A stretch of 33,141 nt of DNA, taken from the NCBI RefSeq assembly GCF_001194135.2, contig NC_068994.1, positions 18,088,111-18,121,251 of the forward strand. Direction: 5' to 3'. Positions 23,642-33,141 of this stretch are shown here, piece by piece. The notes below the pieces were generated by a model. It had not been told where the DNA came from. It did no database searches and saw only the letters and a list, made by a program, of their open reading frames with translations. The DNA comes from Octopus bimaculoides. Taxonomy: Eukaryota. The position numbers were made by a program, and so were the translations under genes. The first letter of the stretch is position 1. The number at the start of each line of letters is the position of its first letter.

Positions 23642-24042
23642 TTTATTATTATTATTATCATTATTATTATTATGATTCTCCCAAGCTACAGCAAAATGTG
23701 TTTTAACACAGGAGTTCACATCAAGAATTTTATAAGCCAAATACAAAAATGAAATCTATCTTGAAAACAGAAATATTTAATTTATTTGTAAAGAGGCTCT
23801 GAAGAGTAAAGTTAAACCCTACTAAGCTGATTCTATAATTGAATCTTGACTTCAGTTACATTACTATTACACTTGGGAGTTACATCATACAATCTTCAAT
23901 CCATCCACATGGCAGAAATGAATATTTAAAATAGACTGTACACCTTGTCACTGTTATTGTTTTAATGTAAACCAGTCTGTAGTACCACTGAAAATATTCT
24001 CATATGAAGATAGATTTGTCCTGCAGTGGACTGTTGTACACA

Positions 24043-24625
24043 GTCAGGTCAGGTCAGGAACAGGGGCATGTACCATTGAAGCATGTCACTATATCCACCA
24101 TATATTGGAATCTGCTTGGGTCATTTCAGGCAACCCTCTGAGTAGTGTCCCAGTTGGTCCCCATCTCTACAAGACACTTCTTCATCTGCTGTGATCATGT
24201 GACATATGGTTGACCAACATGAGCCATCACCCTCAGCCAGATCCTCAGGAAAGAGGATTTTATTTTCAGGATTCATCTTAGAAAATCAGCTACGTAATTA
24301 AACAGTCTGAGCTGACACTCCTCAAATCTTAGAAGTAATGAGATGCATCCCAGTTTCTGAGTATAGTCATTGACTGGAGATGAAATTTGATCACCTATAA
24401 TTCTGTGAAGCATCCTTGCATCAAAGGAATTCAGGCAACCCCTAGGGCCCTGGACAGAATCCAAGTCTTGTAACTATAGAACAAGACAGAAAGGACCAGA
24501 GACCTCCTGAAGACCCAAACCTTTGTCCTTCTGCTCCAATATTGGCAGCACAAAACTCTCTTGTCCAGTGAGTCAACAACTACACCAGCATGTCCAAGTC
24601 TTTTAAGACTTCGGATTCACATAAT
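24043..24625 (-). mobile_element. Degenerate RTE-clade LINE 3' end (RT C-terminus) with a (CCTGA)n tail
   Basis: Across frameshifts it reads EVLKRLGHAGVVVDSLDK..RRTKVWVF..LVLSVLFYSYKTWILS..FDARMLHRIIG..ECQLRLFNYVA; the tail cctgacctgacctgac lies at 24043-24058. Confidence 0.8.
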
Positions 24626-25346
24626 GTATGCTATCTTTATATANNNNNNNNNNNNNNNNNNNNNNNNNNNNNNNNNNNNNNNNNNNNNNNNNNNNNNNNN
24701 NNNNNNNNNNNNNNNNNNNNNNNNNNNNNNNNNNNNNNNNNNNNNNNNNNNNNNNNNNNNNNNNNNNNNNNNNNNNNNNNNNNNNNNNNNNNNNNNNNNN
24801 NNNNNNNNNNNNNNNNNNNNNNNNNNNNNNNNNNNNNNNNNNNNNNNNNNNNNNNNNNNNNNNNNNNNNNNNNNNNNNNNNNNNNNNNNNNNNNNNNNNN
24901 NNNNNNNNNNNNNNNNNNNNNNNNNNNNNNNNNNNNNNNNNNNNNNNNNNNNNNNNNNNNNNNNNNNNNNNNNNNNNNNNNNNNNNNNNNNNNNNNNNNN
25001 NNNNNNNNNNNNNNNNNNNNNNNNNNNNNNNNNNNNNNNNNNNNNNNNNNNNNNNNNNNNNNNNNNNNNNNNNNNNNNNNNNNNNNNNNNNNNNNNNNNN
25101 NNNNNNNNNNNNNNNNNNNNNNNNNNNNNNNNNNNNNNNNNNNNNNNNNNNNNNNNNNNNNNNNNNNNNNNNNNNNNNNNNNNNNNNNNNNNNNNNNNNN
25201 NNNNNNNNNNNNNNNNNNNNNNNNNNNNNNNNNNNNNNNNNNNNNNNNNNNNNNNNNNNNNNNNNNNNNNNNNNNNNNNTATATATATATATATATATAT
25301 TTAGCAGTATCAGTGCCAAGCAGTGAATTAAGCATAAGTGAATTTT

Positions 25347-25496
25347 AGGTTAGTTAAAATATATTTGTGACATATTTCAAGTTCTAAAGGCAAATTCATT
25401 GCAGTTACCAGAAGAGAAAATTTTTTTCTCTGCAGTAATTGCAGTGAATTTGCCTTTAGAAGTTGAAATATGTCATAAACATATTTTAATTCACCT
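25347..25496. repeat. ~150 bp hairpin with ~65-70 bp arms and almost no loop
   Basis: ttaaaatatatttgtgacatatttcaagttctaaaggcaaattcattgcagttac pairs with gtaattgcagtgaatttgcctttagaagttgaaatatgtcataaacatattttaa, with 5 mismatches in 55 positions, three of them G-U compatible on the plus strand. Confidence 0.9.
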
Positions 25497-25795
25497 GAAG
25501 CTTGCCTATATATTTTTTTATAACTGTAAGTTTCAAAGCTAATAAAACTATAAAGAATATCATGTAAACATTAGGTTGAAAATCTCTTTTTGATAAAAAA
25601 GAAGTCCCATAGGCAGCTTATGACTTTTCCTATCTAAAAGTGGTTTTCAACTTAATACTTACATGTTATTATATATGCTTCAAAATTCAATGTTCCAATA
25701 AAGAATTATTTCATGTTCTCTCAAAAGGTTATGACGTCAACATACAATTCTCATTGGTGAGAATAAGGTTTCTTAAATGGATAGAGAAATTTGAA

Positions 25796-25867
25796 AGATT
25801 ACATTGGTCAAATGGTAGAATGTCTGCCACATCTACAGGAGATGTGGGTTCGAGTCTCAGAAGCAGC
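25796..25867 (+). pseudogene. tRNA-like relic (tRNA pseudogene or isolated SINE head)
   Basis: tggtcaaatggtagaat (A box) and ggttcgagtc (B box) at tRNA spacing, but the acceptor and anticodon stems pair poorly. Confidence 0.5.
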
Positions 25868-26612
25868 ATTCAACTTTTTCCATTCCAAAGTGTTTCTCAA
25901 CCTAATATTTACATGCTATTATTTATAGCTTTATGTACTTCGAGATCCACTGTTCCAAAACAATTTTTTTTTTACTGGTATTTTGTTGGAGACATAGTCA
26001 TATTTTTCATACAATTTAGGGAAGGAAGGGTAATGTTAATGACCTTTAATTTTTGAAGGATTCCTAGACTGGTGGGAAGAAGTTTTCCTCAAACTGGGGA
26101 TCTGACCCAAATGTATGAAACTAAGTAGCTCCCCCACTAAAAGGACCCCTCACAAGGACTAAGATGGTAGGGATAAACAGAGTGTCAGATTTATTCTACC
26201 AGCCATGAACTCAGAATGCAAAAGGACAAAAGCATCTTGTCCAATTCTCTAATTATTCTGCCAATCCACCTTTGTAGAATGATATTTCATATTATTGAGC
26301 CACAAAAAAAAAAAAAAAAAATGTAAGGCAGTGTTAACTTCAGCAGGATTTGAACTCAGATAACCAGAGAAAATGGTGCAGTATTGACAAATACTTTGAT
26401 AATTTGCACTGCTGCATTCAACTCATTCTATATTAGTATATTAGTATTATCGTGAAGTAAGGATGGGCTTTTGAAAATCCCATATGAGTCAACGAGATAC
26501 AACATCCTAACACTACTGATGATGTGTTTTGAGGATAAGGCAGTGAATCTCTTACACCTCAAGTCAAGTGAAGCAGAACAGATAAGGCAATAGATAGATA
26601 GATAGATAGATA

Positions 26613-26844
26613 GGCGGCGAGCTGGCAGAAACGTTAGCACGCCGGGCGAAATGCTTAGCGGTATTTCGTCTGCCGCTACGTTCTGAGTTCAAATTCCGCC
26701 GAGGTCAACTTTGCCTTTCATCCTTTCGGGGTTGATTAAATAAGTACCAGTTAGGCACTGGGGTCGATGTAATCAACTTAATCCGTTTGTCTGTCCTTGT
26801 TTGTCCCCTCTGTGTTTAGCCCCTTGTGGGCAGTAAAGAAATAA
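26613..26844 (+). mobile_element. Apparently young Meta-like tRNA SINE embedded in (GATA)n
   Basis: CpG-rich full-length copy ggcggcgagctggcagaaacgttagcacgccgggcg..gttcaaattccgccgagg..gcctttcatcctttcggggttgattaaataagtaccag..aaagaaataa, with (GATA)n on both sides. Confidence 0.9.
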
Positions 26845-27268
26845 GATAGATAGATAGATAGATAGATAGATATAGAGAGAGTAAGAGGAAGACAGATAAG
26901 TAGACAGAGAAAGACATGGCTCAATAAAGGAGCACCAGACTTAGTGGAAGCCAACAAGTGTAGTTTGAAGATTTACATTGGCGAGACTGGATCTCTGCAT
27001 ATGAGAATAGAATTTTCTTAGTTTTCTAATTACACCAGACCAGTTATGATGTTATTACACAACAAGTAAGATGATATTGCGCTGCAAGATGCTGTTACAC
27101 TCCACACCTGCTCACACTTCAACTGAAAATGTTTTTTTCTTTATTTTCTTTTTTAGAGGGTGGGGTTTGTTTTGGTTTTCTTTCTTAGCAACTTAACAAA
27201 TCAAACTGTACGTGTGTGCAAGTTGCATGTGTGTGCACACGTGTATACACACACATACACACATCCAT

Positions 27269-27316
<48 letters not shown>

Positions 27317-28084
27317 ATATATNNNNNNNNNNNNNNNNNNNNNNNNNNNNNNNNNNNNNNNNNNNNNNNNNNNNNNNNNNNNNNNNNNNNNNNNNNNNNN
27401 NNNNNNNNNNNNNNNNNNNNNNNNNNNNNNNNNNNNNNNNNNNNNNNNNNNNNNNNNNNNNNNNNNNNNNNNNNNNNNNNNNNNNNNNNNNNNNNNNNNN
27501 NNNNNNNNNNNNNNNNNNNNNNNNNNNNNNNNNNNNNNNNNNNNNNNNNNNNNNNNNNNNNNNNNNNNNNNNNNNNNNNNNNNNNNNNNNNNNNNNNNNN
27601 NNNNNNNNNNNNNNNNNNNNNNNNNNNNNNNNNNNNNNNNNNNNNNNNNNNNNNNNNNNNNNNNNNNNNNNNNNNNNNNNNNNNNNNNNNNNNNNNNNNN
27701 NNNNNNNNNNNNNNNNNNNNNNNNNNNNNNNNNNNNNNNNNNNNNNNNNNNNNNNNNNNNNNNNNNNNNNNNNNNNNNNNNNNNNNNNNNNNNNNNNNNN
27801 NNNNNNNNNNNNNNNNNNNNNNNNNNNNNNNNNNNNNNNNNNNNNNNNNNNNNNNNNNNNNNNNNNNNNNNNNNNNNNNNNNNNNNNNNNNNNNNNNNNN
27901 NNNNNNNNNNNNNNNNNNNNNNNNNNNNNNNNNNNNNNNNNNNNNNNNNNNNNNNNNNNNNNNNNNNNNNNNNNNNNNNNNNNNNNNNNNNNNNNNNNNN
28001 NNNNNNNNNNNNNNNNNNNNNNNNNNNNNNNNNNNNNNNNNNNNNNNNNNNNNNNNNNNNNNNNNNNNNNNNNNNNNNNNNNNN

Positions 28085-28136
<52 letters not shown>

Positions 28137-28704
28137 CATACATTTTTTCATATATATGCATACATATATGTGTGTATACATATGTATACATATATATATA
28201 CGTATGTATATATGTATACCTCTGTGTGTCTGTGGTGGGCACTATGGTAAACTCATTATAAACTGTGCCATTGTTGTGGTTTGGTTTCGATTACCTGTAC
28301 ATTCTGATGTCTTTAAAAAAGACATAAAGATCACCATTTTCCTACTCCAATTTCTGTCTTCCTCACCATAAATGTTTGTGTAAGAAATCATATTTTTTGA
28401 CCCATAGTAATATCAACTGTATTTCATTCATAATAAATCATATTCAGTTGTTTCTTTTTTTTTTTTTGCATGAATATTTTTTCCTGTTTCTTAAATAACA
28501 ACAGAAACTAAAACAAAAATGAAAAAAAAAAGACAAAACATATTTAAGAACCACTCTTCATATGAAATGCTGTGCTTCGCTTTCAAGTTGTTGAAAGGAG
28601 GCAGTCATCATTGTTGTTGTAATCATTATCACCACCACCACCGCCACTGCTGTCACCTTTACCACTACCATCACCACCACCACCACCACCACTACCAGCA
28701 TCAT

Positions 28705-29050
28705 CATTTTAACGTTCACTTTTCCTTGCTTGCATGGCTGGTATGGAATTTGTCAAGGCAGAGTTTCTAAAGTTGGATGCTCATCGTGTCACAAAATCCT
28801 CACCAGTTTCCAAGCAAAGTTATATTTCCTCAGCAGCCACATGTTTTCCACACAAGACTGGAACTGAACAACTTCATTTGTGTGACAGTGATGCTCATCA
28901 TTTAGAGCCATCATGTGTTGTCAAGAGAAGGACACACACACACACAACAGGTTTCTTTCAGTTTCTGTCTTCTAAATCCACTTGTAAGGTTTGGTCACCC
29001 TGGGGTTTTGGTAAAAGGCACTTGCCTAAGATACTGCACAGTAGGATTGA
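28705..29050 (-). mobile_element. CORE-type SINE with an RTE-like tail and a (CAT/CAC)n tract
   Basis: Inverse homology to 5845-6205: tttctttcagtttctgtcttctaaatccact..ggcacttgcctaag, and cttgcatgg..ctcaccagtttccaagc; trinucleotide tract at ~28605-28705. Confidence 0.7.
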
Positions 29051-29224
29051 TAAAAATGGTGTTGGATAGCATTGTTGGGTATGAATCATGTAATATGGTT
29101 AGTGAGCTTTAGTGGAGTATTGACTTGGTATTTACAAGTCTTTTAAGAAGGGTATATTAGTCTCAGGTGTGAAGGGCCAAGGAGGGGCTTGGGAACATTT
29201 GTTGGACCTTTCTTTTTTTCTTTT

Positions 29225-29576
29225 GCTTGTTTTAGTCATTAGACTGCTTCCATGCTGGGGCACCACCTTAAGGAATTTTAGTCAGACAGATTGACCCCAG
29301 TACTCATATTTTTGTTAAAGCCTGGTACTTATTGTATCAATCTCTTTTGCTGAACTGCTAAGTTACGGGAATGTAAACACACCAACACTAGTTATCAAGC
29401 AGTGGGGTTAAGGACAAACACAGACACAAAGATACACACACATAGATATACATACATACACATCTCTATGTCTATACAATGTGCTTCTTTCATTTTCCAT
29501 CTACTAAATCCACTCACAAAGCTTTGGTTGGCCTGAGGCTATACTAGAAGACACCTACTCAACATGCTGCACAGTC
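29225..29576 (-). mobile_element. Two-part CORE-type SINE lacking most of the head
   Basis: Colinear with ~1826-2130: cttgttttagtcattagactg..gctgaactgctaagttacggg..(CA/TA)n..aaatccactcacaaagctttggttggcc..tagaagacac. Confidence 0.8.
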
Positions 29577-30044
29577 TTGCAACATCCTAATCACTAAGCC
29601 ATGTGCCTCCACATTTGATAAATTAAGGTTTGTAAATTTGCATAGGTGACCGAGGAGGGATATTAAAGAGAATGCAGTGGAGGTAAGTTGTGAGTTATAG
29701 GTAAGAGTAGGTGAGGGATAGATGAGGGGTAGCAATAGAGGTGTTTCAGAGGAGGGAGAGTGTTAGTTGGCCACACTCAGTAAGCTGAAGTCAGTGTTTA
29801 TTGGACAGCAGGGGAATGATTGTGGCCAAATGCACTCTCCTATCTATGTAGGGCTCCTGAAGGGCCAGTAGGCAAAGTGACAAGGACAGTGCAAATGGCA
29901 CACGTGGTGGGGAGATGAGAAATGGAGGCTATAAGTGATTAGGAGATGTATGAAAAAGGGGGTGAGAAATAGGTTAAATGAGAGGGGGTCAAGGATGTGA
30001 GTTGATGGGGAAGAAAATATAAGTCTAGCAGGGTACAAATATTA

Positions 30045-30175
30045 GCTTAAAATTTTGGCACAAGGCCAGCAAGTTTGAGGAAGGGTGTGAGTTGATTATA
30101 TTGTCCCCAGTGTTCAAGCAGTGCTTATTTCATTGATCCTGAAAGGATGGAAAATAAAGTTGACCTTGGCGGGGC
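30045..30175 (-). mobile_element. Meta-like SINE fragment (centre and tail)
   Basis: aaattttggcacaaggccagc..tatattgtccccagtg..gatcctgaaaggatggaaaataaagttgaccttggcgg matches 7221-7350. Confidence 0.65.
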
Positions 30176-30189
30176 TGGGTACAAATATT

Positions 30190-30625
30190 TCTGTGGGTGG
30201 ATGGGTCTTCTGCAGCACTGTGTATCACCAATCAACATAGTCCTTCATCATTTCTGTAAGATACAGCATCTTCTGGTCAGCCATACCTTCTTCAATGCCC
30301 AAATCCTCCTTAGTCTTCCTCTTCTAGGTTTCACTAACTTGGAGTGCTCAGTACTTCTTTATGCAGCAGTCATTCTTTATACACATCACATACCTATACT
30401 AATACAGCATTCTCTCTTATACCTAACATCTGATTATCTCAGTTCATTTCTACTCCAGTGTTCATACTCGCTAATATGATATATCCATCAGGTGCTTGCA
30501 TCATATCTTTATAGCTTTCACAAATTTTATGTATTCAAGGCTCACATTTCATGACCATGCAGTATAGTAATTCTAACATATGCATCATATAGTTTATCCT
30601 TTACTCTCAGGGTGGAAAGACCTTT
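30190..30625 (-). mobile_element. Degenerate RTE-clade LINE, RT C-terminal region
   Basis: The minus strand reads KGLSTLRVKDKLYDAYVRITILHGHEMWAL..RYDAS..RRGRLRRIW, matching the RTE pattern KG.LY..CVR..MLHGSETW..RGRP.KTW. Confidence 0.7.
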
Positions 30626-31109
30626 GTTACTAGCAAAGTTTGAAGGAAATAATAGTAATTTTCTTTGATTTCTAGATAGAAGCAAGCAAAATAGGAAATA
30701 ACATTTACCGATCAAAAACAGAAAAAAATTTAGAGTAAAAAGAAAATTCTAAGAGAAGGCAGTAAATGTTTTATGATGACAAGGTCTATAACACATTAGG
30801 TTGTAGAGACACCATTAAAGACATTATATTCATGTTGTATATCTAAAACATATTACCTTAAATGAGGCCCAAACTAACAAAATACTCATCTAATTTACAT
30901 TGCTGTCACTGCTTATAGCAGTGAATATTTCTTACCTTCTGTTACCTATTTGCAGGTAGCTGAACCAAACCAGTGAAATGTAATGTATCTTAGCTAAGGA
31001 TTCACCATAGTGTTGGTGACAGGATAAAAACTCCTTAACTTCTTATTTGGTTGTCTGCTACTCTATTGTTATGGTTATATGTTATCTCAAACATGTTAGA
31101 ACTGTTGAT

Positions 31110-31412
31110 TCCAAGGACGAGGGTTCCAGTTGATCTAATCAACAGAACAGTCCATTCGTGAAGTTAATGTGCAAGTGGCTGAGCACTCCACAGATATGTG
31201 TACCCTTAATGTAGTTCTCAGGGAGATTCAGCACGACACAGACTGTGACAAGGCTGACTTTTTGAAATACAGGTACAACTTGTTTTTGCCAGCTGAGTGG
31301 ACTGGAGCAGTGTGAAATAAAGTGTTTTGCTCGAGAACACAACACGCCTCCGGATATTGAACTCATGACCTTACGATTGTGAGCTGAGTACCCTAACCAC
31401 TAAGCCACCTGT
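31110..31412 (-). mobile_element. tRNA-derived SINE of a third family
   Basis: Reverse complement gtggcttagtggttagggta (A box) ..gtcatgagttcaatatcc (B box), followed by a body unrelated to the other two families. Confidence 0.75.
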
Positions 31413-31597
31413 CTTCACAAAAGTACACATATGCTAAGACACAGTTTCTAACATCAAAGCAAGAAAAAAAAAGTGCAACTAATTAAGGAGGTTTTGGAAA
31501 GTTCAGTACATACATGCATACTTAGTCACTAACACACACTCATGTAGAGAGACACATGTGCAAAATATACAGCTGTAGGGTTGCTTTAGATATTACA

Positions 31598-32502
31598 TAA
31601 GATGGTATCAAAAAGTTACTGGACTAGTTCTGTAGCACACCAGCAGATGGCAGCACATGGCTGTGTGCACAGTGAGAGCTAGCAGTGACCTTCATGAGGC
31701 AGTGTGCTGAGTGACATCACTGTGTTTACCTCACAAGTTGTGAAATTTGTGTCTTTGTGATCACATGTATGCCATAGTCTGCAATTTTTGTCATGGACAG
31801 AAAGTTGGAATGAAGAGCCAATGTGAAGTTTTGCTTTAAACTTGGAAATCTGTTAAAGAAACATTGTGCTCTAGCAAGCTTACGGTGACAAGGCATGTTT
31901 TGAGCGGCATGGCACTTCAAAAATGGAAGAACATCCCTGAAAGATGATGAGCGATCTAGAAGATCTGCCATGAGTGTCACCCCTGGAAATGTGGTGTTGT
32001 GCATCGAGAATTTGTCCCCCACAGCCAGATTATCAAGAGTTTCTACTGCAGCATTTTGAAGTGTTTGAGGGAGGACATTCGGCAAAAGTAACCAGATCTG
32101 TGGATTGCAAAGGATTGGAGTCTTCGTGACAACAATGTGCCCTGTCACTGAGCTCTCCTCACTTATGAGTTTCTCACCAAAAGCAACGTAGTATCACTTC
32201 TGCATTTGCTCTGTTCACCAGATTTAGCACCTGCAGACTTCCATCTCTTCCCCAAGATGAAAATGCTGCTCAAAGGTCACTGTTTTAACACCATTCTCAA
32301 GATCCAAAGCAAATTACAAAAGGTCCTCGACTCGCTTATGGGAAACAACTTCCAGGTTGGATTCCCAAAGTGGCAGGAATGCTGGGACTGGTGTATTGCT
32401 GCACAAGGGGACTATTTTTAAAGAGATGATGTTAAAACTTGGGTAAATAAGTTATGTTTTTATTAAACATAACTAGTCCAGAAACCTTTTGATACTACCT
32501 CA
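31598..32502 (+). mobile_element. Internally deleted mariner with both TIRs (~905 bp)
   Basis: TIR taagatggtatcaaaaagttactggactagt versus the right-end reverse complement tgaggtagtatcaaaaggtttctggactagt, with TA at 32503-32504. Fragments include RANVKFCFKLG..LKDDERS, DNNVPCH and CSPDLAPADFHLFPKMK..W..CIAAQGDYF. The first catalytic Asp (GDE.W) region is missing. Confidence 0.9.
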
Positions 32503-33098
32503 TAGCACATACATGCATACTCACATTTGAATACATATATATATATATACATTCTCACATGTTCACACATATGCTTACACATATGCAAGAAATAAAACCA
32601 TAAGACTATTTGGGATATATTAGCACACATATAAGTTTTAAGAACAGGGAAAAAGAAAACACCTATGCTAAGCTATTGAGAAATCTGTAGTTACTTTACT
32701 CAGATTACAAGTTCAGAATTATACCTGTAATTATTTAGGTGCTGGGATATGTAACTCACTGCCTAAGTACCAATCTTGAGAAAGTAGGCTTCTCAAAACC
32801 AGAAAGCTGATTTGAAGACTATAGATCCAAGACATCACTGGAACTGTAAATATCTGTAAAACTTTCTAGAAGTTTATCATTTAAGTATATATGTGCATGT
32901 CTAGACATGCAACTATATGCATGAAAATACATACATAAAACAAAACATATAAATCTGCACATGCACCAGCTCCAAATACTGCACACATACGCACATGCAT
33001 GCACAAATACCCTGTTGATGTTGAAATTCAAATGAAGTCTTGCATCCAAGTTAGAACCAGCTTGACTATTGTCAAGAAACCCTGAAATAAAACTGAAT

Positions 33099-33141
<43 letters not shown>

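Noticed and set aside
26440-27000. Possible old RTE fragment around the young SINE (RGRQISRQRKTWL at ~26885-26925)
   Set aside because: One short motif only; not enough to support a call.
28519-29069. His-rich 83 aa ORF and adjacent 111 aa ORF
   Set aside because: They translate a (CAC/CAT)n tract and an antisense SINE.
30930-31010. Minus-strand GTAAG donor suggesting an upstream Abi exon
   Set aside because: The open frame (GESLAKIHYISLVWFSYLQIGNR) does not resemble Abi, and no good acceptor was found.

Overview
AT-rich, repeat-dense metazoan DNA with eight N-gaps, most flanked by (TA)n or (CA)n. The repeat families look like those of octopus (inference from recalled repeat motifs; no search run). 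The only host gene I can support is the 3' end of an Abl-interactor (Abi) gene on the minus strand: a proline-rich/acidic exon (13287-13051) spliced to the terminal SH3 exon (11594-11431). No further upstream Abi exon is recognisable, so most of 13288-33141 is probably a large intron or its exons lie in gaps. The rest is decayed mobile DNA: a Helitron Rep/PIF1-helicase relic (~990-4050) with an inverted internal piece, two mariner relics, mariner- and piggyBac-type MITEs, RTE-like LINE 3' ends, an R4/Dong-like 3' fragment and many tRNA-derived SINEs. The most unusual signal is structural: five long inverted repeats, each next to or bracketed by TA-rich microsatellite. One is a ~970 bp element with ~280 bp terminal inverted repeats enclosing a degenerate (TTAGGG)n array. 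There is also an (ATT)n tract that has collected four retro-insertions in a row. I find no convincing new protein-coding system. Identities quoted are by-eye estimates.
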